64,000 bases of DNA from Cyanobacteria bacterium P01_D01_bin.156 (GTDB lineage: Bacteria > Cyanobacteriota > Cyanobacteriia > Phormidesmidales > Phormidesmidaceae): NCBI GenBank assembly GCA_039024555.1, contig JBCCQQ010000007.1:1-64000 (forward strand), in the 5' to 3' direction. The notes beneath the pieces are model-generated. The model was not told where the DNA came from and did not search any database. It saw nothing but the letters and a program-made list of their open reading frames with translations. Shown here one piece after another: positions 28,884-38,994 of this stretch (its first letter is position 1; each line of letters starts with the position of its first letter). The position numbers and the translations under genes are program-made.

Positions 28884-30929
28884 CACGAGTGTCTGTAGAG
28901 TATCTAGTTCAGTATGAATTCTCTCCTCTAATGCTTTAAGGCGCTCAATGGTCTGCTCTCGGTTAATTTCGTTCTGTTGCTTCTTTTCTACTAGACTACT
29001 GAGTTCTAAACGACGGGAAGCAATGTCAGCACTCACACGGTCAATGGCGCGTTCTTCATAGGTACCAAAACAATCGGTGACGGCCTTGTAGATAGGCTGC
29101 CACTGATCAGCCGCAATCTGGGGAAGATGTTTGACAAACTCTTTACGGGTTGCTTTGAGAAATTCTTGACGGACAAACTCGGCCTGGGCTGCTAATAGGC
29201 CACCGGCTGCTGCAATCACTCCCACAATGTTGAGGAATAAACTACTAAAGAGTAACCCTAAAATTTGTAAAGCGATAACAATACAGACATAGCTAACGGC
29301 CATCTGTAGTACGGACTGCCAAAAATGGTTGAAGGGCATGACCGCATCGTTTAGGGTGTCGGGAATCTCATCGAAGAGATCGCGAATGTTGTCAAGCCAA
29401 GGGCGCGGTTCTTCAGTGGAACGGGTGCCGGGGGCATAGAACTTACGTCCCATCATTTTTTCATGGATAACTTCTACCACTTCGGCATAGGCCACCTGGT
29501 ATTCGTTAGCGCTCTCATTGAGTTCATCAAAGACCTGACCAATTTTTTGCTTGGCGGTAAACTCCCAAGCGGCTAGGCGATCGTTAATGTAGCGCTCAAA
29601 CGCTCGCTTAAATTCTTTGTAAAATTCGTCTCGCTGCTCTTCGTCGAGAAAGCTCAGAAAGTCGAGATCGGGCTGAGAAGCGACAAAGTCGGTTTCGAAA
29701 CTTGCTTCTAGGTTAAGGATATAGGTTTTGAAAGAGTCGGCAATGGCTTTAGCGCTGCGATCGCAGCGTCCCCGAATGAGTTGTCGATAGTTATCGCGAA
29801 TTTTCTCCAGTTTCCCAAACTCGCTTTCCACCGAAACTACCCGCTGCTGTAGCTCACTGAGGTCTTCATCTAGTAGCGGAATGCGTCGAGCAACGGTTTC
29901 TTGCACGGCACTGTAGGCTCGATGGGCCAACTTGGCCGCTCGTTGTAGTTCCGCTTGCCCCCGCTCTTGGGTCAAAAATGATTCCAGAGCAGTGAAAAAG
30001 GTATCCACACCACTGCCCGCCAGAGATGTCTGTTTACGCTGTTGGCGCAGTGCGGTAAGAGCTGATACCTCAAACCAGGTGGTTTCTGGTGGCAGACTTT
30101 GGGCAAATACCTGACGTTGACGGTTCTCGGCGTCTTCTAAAGCCGCGTCATCTTCAGGATTAACCAAACTCGCCCGAATCCGGTCCCAGCCATTGATTAC
30201 GTAAAAACACTCCAGGTCTCGACTCTGAATGTAATTATTTAAGTAGCGACGTTCGTCCAGGGTCATGGGCTGCATTGCATCCACCACAAACACTACCGCC
30301 TGCGCCTCGTTTAAGTAACTCAGGACCTGCTGGTTGCGGGTTTCTGTATCGTTAAGACCGGGAGTATCCACAATCTCCAAACCAGAGGCCAATAGAGGAA
30401 CAGGAGCTTCAATTACGACGTGACTAATATCAGGAAACGCATTGGTTTCTAGCTGACGAGCTTCATCAGGGGAGATGGTGTAATCGTTCTGGAATGTCTC
30501 AAAATCAATGACCTTAGGGGCATTATTGTTGTTGTAATGTATGGTCACTCGACGCTCTGGTCCGTGCCGTAGCACGCTTAGCAGGGCCGTGCAGGGGTTC
30601 ACGTCACTGGGTAGCAGCGTATCTCCTACCAATGCGTTAATTAGGGTGCTTTTTCCCCGTTTCATTTCCCCTAGAACAACGATACGGTAGGTGCCCTCTT
30701 GAAGTTGTTCTGCGGTGCTTTTCAGAGTACTTATGTGGCGACTCAGCCCCAGCTGTCCGGAACTCTCGTGGGTATCGGCCCGGTCCATCGCGATCGCAAT
30801 TTGGTCCAAAACCTGGGCTGCCTGTTGGCGATTCTGATAAAACTGGTCAAGGCTGTTAGCCAAGTTAGGGAAAGAACCGTTTGCTGCCGGAGATGTGACC
30901 ATAGAAAAAATATTTGCTTTTACACTCAC
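28881..30929 (-). CDS. Bacterial dynamin-like protein (BDLP family GTPase)
   Basis: G1 GEMKRGKST, PSDVNPCT, G3 DTPGLND, G4-like INGWD, hydrophobic paddle near the C-terminus. Start is GTG 30929 or ATG 30902. Confidence 0.88.
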   Translation of the reverse strand: MSVKANIFSMVTSPAANGSFPNLANSLDQFYQNRQQAAQVLDQIAIAMDRADTHESSGQLGLSRHISTLKSTAEQLQEGTYRIVVLGEMKRGKSTLINALVGDTLLPSDVNPCTALLSVLRHGPERRVTIHYNNNNAPKVIDFETFQNDYTISPDEARQLETNAFPDISHVVIEAPVPLLASGLEIVDTPGLNDTETRNQQVLSYLNEAQAVVFVVDAMQPMTLDERRYLNNYIQSRDLECFYVINGWDRIRASLVNPEDDAALEDAENRQRQVFAQSLPPETTWFEVSALTALRQQRKQTSLAGSGVDTFFTALESFLTQERGQAELQRAAKLAHRAYSAVQETVARRIPLLDEDLSELQQRVVSVESEFGKLEKIRDNYRQLIRGRCDRSAKAIADSFKTYILNLEASFETDFVASQPDLDFLSFLDEEQRDEFYKEFKRAFERYINDRLAAWEFTAKQKIGQVFDELNESANEYQVAYAEVVEVIHEKMMGRKFYAPGTRSTEEPRPWLDNIRDLFDEIPDTLNDAVMPFNHFWQSVLQMAVSYVCIVIALQILGLLFSSLFLNIVGVIAAAGGLLAAQAEFVRQEFLKATRKEFVKHLPQIAADQWQPIYKAVTDCFGTYEERAIDRVSADIASRRLELSSLVEKKQQNEINREQTIERLKALEERIHTELDTLQTLV

Positions 30930-31181
30930 TACAGTTCAGTTTGCCTCAATTCCCTAGAACCGTGATCACTCAGCGCAAGTCTGCGGACTCAATTTAATCA
31001 GAATGAATAATTAAACAGGCAACATTGTTCATGAGCTCAATTTTTGTAAAGGTGACAGCACGATTCTTAGGCTTCCTACCCTATTAACGAAGGGAAGATG
31101 GCTACAATAGAAGCGTTTAGTAGGCATATTTCTCCAAATATTTCAAGCGCTGTCCCCACTGTTCTATTTGTTTAGTTGTTT

Positions 31182-32492
31182 ATGGCCTCTGCTGACGATT
31201 ACTATGCGCGGCTACAGGTATCTTCGGATGCCAGTCAAGCAGAAATTAAGGCAGCGTTTCGTCGCCTGGCACGGCGCTATCACCCTGATCTAAATCCAAA
31301 CGATCCTAGGGCACTAGAAAAATTTCGAGCCCTGCACGAAGCCTATGAAGTCCTGATGGATCAGGTGCAGCGACAGCTGTATGACCGCACGGGCACTACA
31401 GAATACAACGGTACCCGTCCGCAAACTGCCCACGATTTCTATATGCGGGGTATTCAGCAAACCTTGGCCCGTCAATACAAGTCAGCGCTGACGGATTTTA
31501 ATCGGGCTATTGAACTCCAACCCGCATTGGCAGAAGCCTATCTGCGGCGAGCCCAAGTCCGCTACATTTTGAATGATGATGCTGGGGTGTTAGCGGACTG
31601 TCAACAGCTACGACAGTTTCCTCGCCAACTACCGCAGACTTACTATTATCTTGGGCTAGCGCGCTATCGTTTGGGGTATACCGAAAGTGCACTGGCTGCT
31701 TTTTCTAGTGCCATTGAACAAGAGCCAGATGACCCTAAGCTTTACTTTCAGCGAGGGGTGGCATACGAAGATATTCAAGAATGGAACGAAGCGGCTAACG
31801 ATTTTCAAACGGCCTCTGTCCACTACCAGGCCCAGGGCGATTTAGAAGGCTATCATCACAGTCGCGATCGCATCCAAAAGCTACAGAAACAACGTCGCTA
31901 CAAGTTCAAACATCGTCGCACTCGAGATCTAGCAAGCCGTTTAGGACGATTTGAACAAGCCAATCGCCTATTATTTGGATTATTGGGAAATCCTGCCATA
32001 GAACTTATCAATTTGCATAGCCGCCTGACTCAGCGACAGGCGTCATACATGGGGTGTATCCTTGCTGCCTTTGGGTTACTGGGGTTTACATTGGGAGGCT
32101 ACGTTTTACAGTTTGCTGAAAATACTAGCCCGGGTATTGCCTTTACTGGTCTATGGCTGGCAGGTTGTACAGTCTTTTTGAGTTTGATTATTGCCCTGGG
32201 CGGTTCACGTCTGTGGCTGCGTCGCCATGGTAGCTGGGCTAACGATACCTTCATTGCCGGAGCTACCCTTTTGCCCATGGGTATGTTTGTGCTTATCAGC
32301 CCGATGGTTTTGCTCATCCCATGGCTGTGGTTGTTATTGCTGAGTGTTAGCCTGCACCATACTTTTTTAACCCTTTACAGCGGTTGTCATCACATTCATC
32401 ACTATTCTGAAGTGGTAGCTACTTGGCTAACGCCCAGTTTACTTTTTCTCAGCATGAGCCTGGGCTATTTAATGTGGAATACTTGGATATAA
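31182..32492 (+). CDS. DnaJ-domain + TPR + C-terminal multi-TM protein
   Basis: DYYARLQV...RRYHPDLN...EAYEVL (J domain, HPD), four TPRs, several hydrophobic helices. Confidence 0.85.
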   Translation: MASADDYYARLQVSSDASQAEIKAAFRRLARRYHPDLNPNDPRALEKFRALHEAYEVLMDQVQRQLYDRTGTTEYNGTRPQTAHDFYMRGIQQTLARQYKSALTDFNRAIELQPALAEAYLRRAQVRYILNDDAGVLADCQQLRQFPRQLPQTYYYLGLARYRLGYTESALAAFSSAIEQEPDDPKLYFQRGVAYEDIQEWNEAANDFQTASVHYQAQGDLEGYHHSRDRIQKLQKQRRYKFKHRRTRDLASRLGRFEQANRLLFGLLGNPAIELINLHSRLTQRQASYMGCILAAFGLLGFTLGGYVLQFAENTSPGIAFTGLWLAGCTVFLSLIIALGGSRLWLRRHGSWANDTFIAGATLLPMGMFVLISPMVLLIPWLWLLLLSVSLHHTFLTLYSGCHHIHHYSEVVATWLTPSLLFLSMSLGYLMWNTWI

Positions 32493-33173
32493 CCATCAAA
32501 CTAAGATAGTAAAGGGTTCAAATATTGTTTGACTGTGTAGTATATTTTCTTTTTCATAAAACAGCTTGAGAGTATGCATCGTCTTGAACAGACTATACTT
32601 CAGCCGTTCCTGTTTTAGGACATGCAATGGATTGTCGATCTCATTAGACTGCAAGACTTGGAATTGAAAATAATCCTAGGATTTACTCATGCCAGTGCCC
32701 TAAGTTCGTAAAAAAATAGATTTCTAGGTGCTGTGACTTGATTAGACGCAATAAATATAAACCCTATGTACAGAGAAAATTTCAGTAATAACAGGTAGCC
32801 TTCCTCAAGCAAAAACTTTAAGACAACTTACAGATATTTCACTCTGTTCAAAGGGTACTCTATGTGCTGTTAATGCTGAAAGCATAACATACGCTAATCA
32901 GTAGGATAACTAAAACATGGTTGATAACAGGCTCATAAGGTTCTGAATAGTTGTAGCACTCATATCTTTTTTGTCATCTCTTCATATTCAATCAATGTAT
33001 CTCGTGTAAACAAAAGGTTTTCATCGATAGGCATAGCCTGACTATAGATCGGCCAAAGCGCTGAATAATCAATGAACACCTAGAATTCAGTGATTATTCT
33101 AGATGCAGAAGCTTACTTATTTAGGCAGACTTGTATGAGATAAATCTTATGGTAAGTGTGAGTTCCCCAAGAT

Positions 33174-34424
33174 ATGCCATCTCTACAAATTAGAAACGAT
33201 TTAGGAAAGAGAATTAACTACTACAGGGAGCAACATTTTACAGGCATTCTTTCAGTTGTCGTAGAATCAAAAGCTCCATGGTATATCTACTTTCTGGCTG
33301 GACAAATTGTTTGGGTAAATACACAAACACAGTCAAAACAACGATGGCATAGACAACTTTCCATACACTGCCCAAAGCTGCTTCAACCCAAATATAATCC
33401 TGCAAAGAGAGTAACCTACAGTGATTTAGTTAAATTGGTCAGGCATAAAAAATTTGACCGTCGCCGCTTTTGTGACATCGTTGCAGGCTATATTTCAGAA
33501 AATCTATTCGACATTATTCAACAGGGAACTCTGGAATTTCAACGCTCAAAGACACCATTGAGCTACAAGGTAAGCTCGCGAGACGCTGCCAGCTTCCCAT
33601 ATATTAACCTGCGGCACAGACACCTCTGGGAGCAAGTTCTACAAAGCTGGCAAGCTTGGGAGGAGCTTGATCTACTCGATGTTCAACCAAACCAAGTTCC
33701 CGTAATTGTAAATTCCACCGTATTACGACAGCATATTTCTCCTAATCTACTGCAATATTTATCAACGTTAAAGGAGCAACGCCAGACGCTTCGGGATATA
33801 GCAACAAAGCTCAATCAGCCTCTGACTCTAACATCTTTAGCGGTGTCGATTGTGCCTCACATACGGAATAACTTGATTCGTATGGTTGAACTTGAAGACT
33901 TGATTGCGGGTAAAGTTGCTACATCTGGCACCCTTTATTCTGGCCAGACCGCTGCTAATGCTAACAGCCCCGCATCTAATCATTCAAAACTCTCAGGCAA
34001 TGGTGCTCTAGTTCTCTATATTGACGATAGCCCAACAGATAGTCAGAAAATGGCAAATATCGTCGAAGGCGCTGGATATCGTTACATTAATATCGCTGAC
34101 CCCCTGCAGGCGTTACCCAAGCTATTAGAGGTTAAACCTCAAATCATCTTTTTAGATCTGGTAATGCCCATTGCCAACGGATACGAGCTATGTGCTCAAA
34201 TTCGTCGAATTTCGGCATTCAAAGATACCCCCGTCATTATTGTTACTAATAATGACGGTATTGCCGATCGCGTACGTGCCAAAGTAGTCGGTGCTTCTGG
34301 TTTTATGGGCAAACCTATTAGCCAACAAAAAGTACTAAAGATACTCAAAAAGTGTACGTTTGGTCATACTAAGGCTTACACAGCGATTAAACAGCCCCTC
34401 AATCTTGCCGTCTCAGCCTCATAA
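33174..34424 (+). CDS. PatA-family response regulator (PATAN + REC; PixG-like)
   Basis: N-terminal FTGILSV...WYIYFLAGQIVW; REC YIDDSP...FLDLVMPIANGYELC...KP; first gene of the che cluster. Confidence 0.85.
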   Translation: MPSLQIRNDLGKRINYYREQHFTGILSVVVESKAPWYIYFLAGQIVWVNTQTQSKQRWHRQLSIHCPKLLQPKYNPAKRVTYSDLVKLVRHKKFDRRRFCDIVAGYISENLFDIIQQGTLEFQRSKTPLSYKVSSRDAASFPYINLRHRHLWEQVLQSWQAWEELDLLDVQPNQVPVIVNSTVLRQHISPNLLQYLSTLKEQRQTLRDIATKLNQPLTLTSLAVSIVPHIRNNLIRMVELEDLIAGKVATSGTLYSGQTAANANSPASNHSKLSGNGALVLYIDDSPTDSQKMANIVEGAGYRYINIADPLQALPKLLEVKPQIIFLDLVMPIANGYELCAQIRRISAFKDTPVIIVTNNDGIADRVRAKVVGASGFMGKPISQQKVLKILKKCTFGHTKAYTAIKQPLNLAVSAS

Positions 34425-34490
34425 GAGAATAACAGCATGTGGCACTTAAACATTGCTGTAGATACTGTACACCCAACAGATAAAAATACT

Positions 34491-34853
34491 ATGATCACCG
34501 CCTTGATTGTGGAAGATAGTTTTACAGACAGAGAGCGACTAACTCATTTTTTACAAGAGTCTGGAATAGCTGTCGTAAAGGCTACGAGTAGTGAAGATGC
34601 CTTACACAAGCTCCAAAACAAACGACCTGATATGGTTTTTTTGGATGTTGTTTTACCAGGTCAAAGTGGGTTTGAGTTTTGTCGCAATCTAAAGACCAAT
34701 ATTCAAACTCAGAGTATTCCTGTAGTGATTTGCTCTATTAAAACCACTGAAGCTGATAAGCTTTGGGGTTCAATGCTTGGAGCTGATGCTTATTTGAGTA
34801 AGCCGATAGATCCACAACAACTACTTGCTACGGTGCAGCAAGTTATAGGATAA
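34491..34853 (+). CDS. cheY: CheY-like single-domain response regulator (PixH/PilH-like)
   Basis: ALIVEDS, FLDVVLPGQSGFEFCR, LWGSMLGADAYLSKP. Start is 34491 or 34437. Confidence 0.85.
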   Translation: MITALIVEDSFTDRERLTHFLQESGIAVVKATSSEDALHKLQNKRPDMVFLDVVLPGQSGFEFCRNLKTNIQTQSIPVVICSIKTTEADKLWGSMLGADAYLSKPIDPQQLLATVQQVIG

Positions 34854-34863
34854 ATCTTAAAAA

Positions 34864-35403
34864 ATGACAGTTGCTACTAATTTTTTAGAGCTTGAGTTTA
34901 ACAAACTTAGCTTCAAAGCTGATCCACTCGGATTGGACCCAATCCCTGAGGATACAAGACAACGATTTTTACGGTTCCAGCTTTTAGAAGGATATAAAAC
35001 ATTCTTGTCGCTCCAAAGTATTTTAGAAATTCGACATTTAAGCACCTCAAGTATTTTATCAATTCCAGACATCTCTACACCCATGCTAGGCGTTTGTAAC
35101 TGGCGTAGTGAGATTCTTTGGTTGGCTGATTTAAACGCACTAGTTGGCAATATACCTCTATGGCATATGCACCCATTATTAGAACAAGCAACCGTAATTA
35201 TTGTGGAGTTCAATCAAATAAAAATTGGGTTAGTCGTAGAGCAAGTAGACGATATTGATCTACTTGAGCCTCAAGATATTCAGCAACAAGATTGGTGCCC
35301 TTCCGAACTGACTCCTTATGTTGCAGGTTGTTTAACAAACCCTGAAGGTGTGATTTTAGATGCAGCTGCTATTGTTGAGCATTTACTTCAGAAGAGAACC
35401 TAG
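34864..35403 (+). CDS. cheW: CheW-like adaptor (PixI-like)
   Basis: FLRFQL, IPDISTPMLGVCNWRSEILWLADL, IGLVVEQVDDI. Confidence 0.85.
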   Translation: MTVATNFLELEFNKLSFKADPLGLDPIPEDTRQRFLRFQLLEGYKTFLSLQSILEIRHLSTSSILSIPDISTPMLGVCNWRSEILWLADLNALVGNIPLWHMHPLLEQATVIIVEFNQIKIGLVVEQVDDIDLLEPQDIQQQDWCPSELTPYVAGCLTNPEGVILDAAAIVEHLLQKRT

Positions 35404-35470
35404 ATTGTTGTTTCAATATATTCTAACCATCGCTAAAGTCGTCTTAATAGTTTTATAGTTGTAAAACCTC

Positions 35471-38400
35471 ATGTCACAGCTTACTCATAATTCCTCAGAA
35501 CAAAACCCTGATAAGCTAGAATCCATTCTTCATATGGATACATCCTTTCAAAATTTAGACCTTGAACTTAATGAGCTAATCCTCTCTGAGGAAGACATTT
35601 GCTTAGATAGGGACGTACCTCAAGGAGATTCTGAAAAACACAGGGTTGAGATATCTAAGGCACTTCCGCTAGTAACTCAATCTATACCATTTACAGCAAA
35701 CCAAGGGAAGCGGCCTTTTGCCATCGCAAATATCATGGCACAGGCCAACACCCTAGAGAACCTTTATCAAATCACTGTTACGGAACTGCGCAAACAATTC
35801 GAAGTTGATAGAGCTGTCATCTATCAATTTCAATCTCCTACCTATGGCACAGTAATCGCTGAATCTGTTGCTGCTGCTTATCGACCAGCCTTAGGCCAAA
35901 CAATGGCAGCTCTTGCCTTCGGCTCCGTTAATATTAAAAGCTACGAGCAACAGCCCGTTGTGAGTATTTCAGATGCAGCAGAAACTGCCATTAATCCCTA
36001 CCAAATGCAGCTGTATCAGCATCTACAAGTGCAAGCTGCTTTAACTATACCAGTCTTCCTAAAGGATGAACTTTGGGGGCTACTTGTGCTTCAATCTTGT
36101 TCCACCCCCCGTCAGTGGACTAAGCGCGAAATTAGCTGCTTCTATCAGGTAAGCACTGAGCTAACTCTTAAACTGCAAATCCATGAACTAAATAAACAAC
36201 ATCAAAAAGAGGTTGAGGGCGAGCGTTTATTACGTAGAATTATCGAAGAAATAGGTGATTCAGCTGATACACAACAAATATTTGAATTCACGGCTCGCAC
36301 GCTCCACCAATATTTGCACACTGATCGAGTTGTAATCTTACAACTTAATTCTGATGAAAATAATTACAGCAAGAGTGTTGTAGCTGAATCTGTCAGTGCT
36401 AACTTCATTTCCACCCAAGATATATCCCAAAACGAATATTATATCAGCGAGCAGATGAACCACGCCTTTGAGCAAGGTGATGTTTGGAAAAGTGCGGATA
36501 TTTATGAGCAAGGGTTATCCGAGCGTCATCTTGATATGCTAGCGCGTCTGCAGGTGCACGCTATGCTGGTAGTACCCCTATTTAAAGCAGGACAATTATG
36601 GGGTGTCTGTTATGTTCACCACTGCGTGGCTCCTCGTAATTGGAAAGCAACTGAGATTGCCTTTGTTCAGAGAGTTGTTGCTCAGTTAAATATGGCTTTA
36701 CAACAGGCCGATTATATTGAACAAGTTAAGAAAAAAACTCAGCAACTTAAACAAATTGCACACCAAGAGCAACTCATTACTAAAATTACCGAACGGCTGC
36801 GTAAAACGACAGATCTCTCTAAGACCCTTAGAACCGCCGTTCGAGATATCCGTCATATGCTCAATGCAGATCGAGTGGGTCTGTTTCAATTCGATGTTGC
36901 TACCAACTATAGCGTCGGTGAATTTGTTGTTGAAGATGTCGCTAAAGATGTGGCTTCGGCAATGGCCACTAAGGTTCAAGATCACTGCTTCGCCGAGGGA
37001 CAGGCAGAAAACTATAGTAAAGGTCGCTACTGGGTCGTTAACGATGTAGAAACGTTAGATTTACCCGATTGTTTGGTAGAGCTGCTGTCGCAGCTTCAGG
37101 TTCGAGCTAGCCTGGTAGTGCCCTTACTTAAGGGTGATATCCTCTGGGGGCTATTCTGCGTTCATCAATGTAATGGACCGCGTCAATGGCAAGATGCAGA
37201 AGTAGAATTTGTTCATCGTATCGGCGCTCAGCTCAACTTAGCGCTAAAGCAGGCTGATTATATTGAACAAGTTAAGAAGAAGAATCGGCAACTTAAACAA
37301 ATTGCACACCAAGAGCAACTCATTACTAAAATTACTGAACGGCTGCGTAAAACGACAGATCTCTCTAAGACCCTTAGAACCACCGTTCGAGATATCCGTC
37401 ACATGCTCAATGCAGATCGAGTGGGTCTGTTTCAATTCGATGTTGCTACCAACTATAGCGTCGGTGAATTTGTTGTTGAAGATGTCGCTAAAGATGTGGT
37501 TTCGGCAATGGCCACTAAGGTTCAAGATCACTGCTTCGCCGAGGGACAGGCAGAAAACTATAGTAAAGGTCGCTACTGGGTCGTTAATGATGTAGAGACA
37601 TTAGATTTACCCGATTGTTTGGTAGAGCTGCTGTCGCAGCTTCAGGTTCGAGCTAGCCTGGTAGTGCCCTTACTTAAGGGTGATATCCTCTGGGGGCTGT
37701 TCTGCGTTCATCAATGTAATGGACCGCGTCAATGGCAAGATGCAGAAGTAGAATTTGTTCACCGTATCGGCGCTCAGCTCAACCTAGCACTAAAACAGGC
37801 TGAATATTTAGACCAATTAAAAGAGAAAAATACAGCATTAAAGGAAACGGCTGCTCGAGAAAAAGCTTCTAAAGAAGACTTGCAAGAACAAGTCCTGCAG
37901 CTACTATTAGAAGTCCGCCCCGCGCTACAAGGAGATTTAACTGTTCGAGCTCCGGTTACAGAAACAGAAGTAGGTACCGTCGCTAGTGCCTATAATAATA
38001 CCTTGCAGAGCCTTCAAGAAATTGTTGTAGAAGTAAAGCAAGCGGCTGAGCAGGTAGGGCAAACATCTCAGCTCAGTACGAAGTTTGTTAGCTCATTAAA
38101 TGCAGAAGCCCAACAACAGGCACATTCGCTGGAAAATACTCTCAAGCATGTGCAAGAAATTATGAGCTTTACTGAAACGGTTGTAGGAGATGCGAAACGG
38201 GTAGAAGCTGCTGTACAGCAAGCCAATGAAACTGTACAGATCGGAGATACTGCAATGAATCATACAGTGGACGGCATTATTGCTATTCGCTCTACCGTAG
38301 CTGACACTAACCAAAGAATTAAACAACTCAGTGAGTCATCGCAGAAAGTTTCTAGAATTGTTAGTCTAATTGGCAACTTCACGACCCAAACCCAGCTTCT

Positions 38401-38866
38401 CGCAATGAATGCTTCCATCGAAGCAACTCGAGCGGGTAAGTATGGTCGTGGGTTTGCTGTAGTTGCGGATGAAGTCAGGTTTCTGGCTCGACAGTCTGCA
38501 GAAGCCGCAACTGAGATTGAGCAACTAGTTCAAGAGATTCAAGTTAACACAGCGGAAGTTTCTGCAGCTATGGAAACAGGCATCCAACAAGTAGCTACAG
38601 GTACCACTCTGGTAAAAGATGCTCGCCAAAACCTAACAGCAATTGTAGAAGCTACGGGGCAGATTAGTGGGCTGATTCAAGGTATTACCCACACTACCCA
38701 TAAGCAGGCTTCAGAATTTAAAGACATTGCTGTAACTGTAACTCAGGCAACTGAGATTGCTAATCAAACATCGCATAAATCTGAGCGATTGACTCAATCT
38801 CTTCACCAATTGCTATCGACAGCTAAAACTCTACAAGCAGGTACAGATAAATTTAAGGTGGATTAA
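35471..38866 (+). CDS. Soluble methyl-accepting photoreceptor (PixJ-like): four GAF domains, two of them DXCF cyanobacteriochrome GAFs, plus MCP signalling domain
   Basis: Four DRxxxxQ...LWG...RxW GAF units; QDHCF and LPDCL in GAF3 and GAF4; [37 protein letters not shown]; no TM helix seen. Confidence 0.88.
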   Translation: MSQLTHNSSEQNPDKLESILHMDTSFQNLDLELNELILSEEDICLDRDVPQGDSEKHRVEISKALPLVTQSIPFTANQGKRPFAIANIMAQANTLENLYQITVTELRKQFEVDRAVIYQFQSPTYGTVIAESVAAAYRPALGQTMAALAFGSVNIKSYEQQPVVSISDAAETAINPYQMQLYQHLQVQAALTIPVFLKDELWGLLVLQSCSTPRQWTKREISCFYQVSTELTLKLQIHELNKQHQKEVEGERLLRRIIEEIGDSADTQQIFEFTARTLHQYLHTDRVVILQLNSDENNYSKSVVAESVSANFISTQDISQNEYYISEQMNHAFEQGDVWKSADIYEQGLSERHLDMLARLQVHAMLVVPLFKAGQLWGVCYVHHCVAPRNWKATEIAFVQRVVAQLNMALQQADYIEQVKKKTQQLKQIAHQEQLITKITERLRKTTDLSKTLRTAVRDIRHMLNADRVGLFQFDVATNYSVGEFVVEDVAKDVASAMATKVQDHCFAEGQAENYSKGRYWVVNDVETLDLPDCLVELLSQLQVRASLVVPLLKGDILWGLFCVHQCNGPRQWQDAEVEFVHRIGAQLNLALKQADYIEQVKKKNRQLKQIAHQEQLITKITERLRKTTDLSKTLRTTVRDIRHMLNADRVGLFQFDVATNYSVGEFVVEDVAKDVVSAMATKVQDHCFAEGQAENYSKGRYWVVNDVETLDLPDCLVELLSQLQVRASLVVPLLKGDILWGLFCVHQCNGPRQWQDAEVEFVHRIGAQLNLALKQAEYLDQLKEKNTALKETAAREKASKEDLQEQVLQLLLEVRPALQGDLTVRAPVTETEVGTVASAYNNTLQSLQEIVVEVKQAAEQVGQTSQLSTKFVSSLNAEAQQQAHSLENTLKHVQEIMSFTETVVGDAKRVEAAVQQANETVQIGDTAMNHTVDGIIAIRSTVADTNQRIKQLSESSQKVSRIVSLIGNFTTQTQLLAMNASIEATRAGKYGRGFAVVADEVRFLARQSAEAATEIEQLVQEIQVNTAEVSAAMETGIQQVATGTTLVKDARQNLTAIVEATGQISGLIQGITHTTHKQASEFKDIAVTVTQATEIANQTSHKSERLTQSLHQLLSTAKTLQAGTDKFKVD
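36704..37795 (+). repeat. 546 bp in-frame tandem duplication (GAF3/GAF4)
   Basis: 36704-37249 is nearly identical to 37250-37795; shadow ORFs recur at exactly +546. Confidence 0.95.
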
Positions 38867-38994
38867 GGCGTAACCCCTCTGCCATAGGTTTTGAATGGAG
38901 CTAGTACTTCAAAAAGTATTCGCATTAGCTGTTCGGAATCTGTAAATCATCATGAAAAATCAGTGTACCTACATATCCATAGGTCTAATGAATT

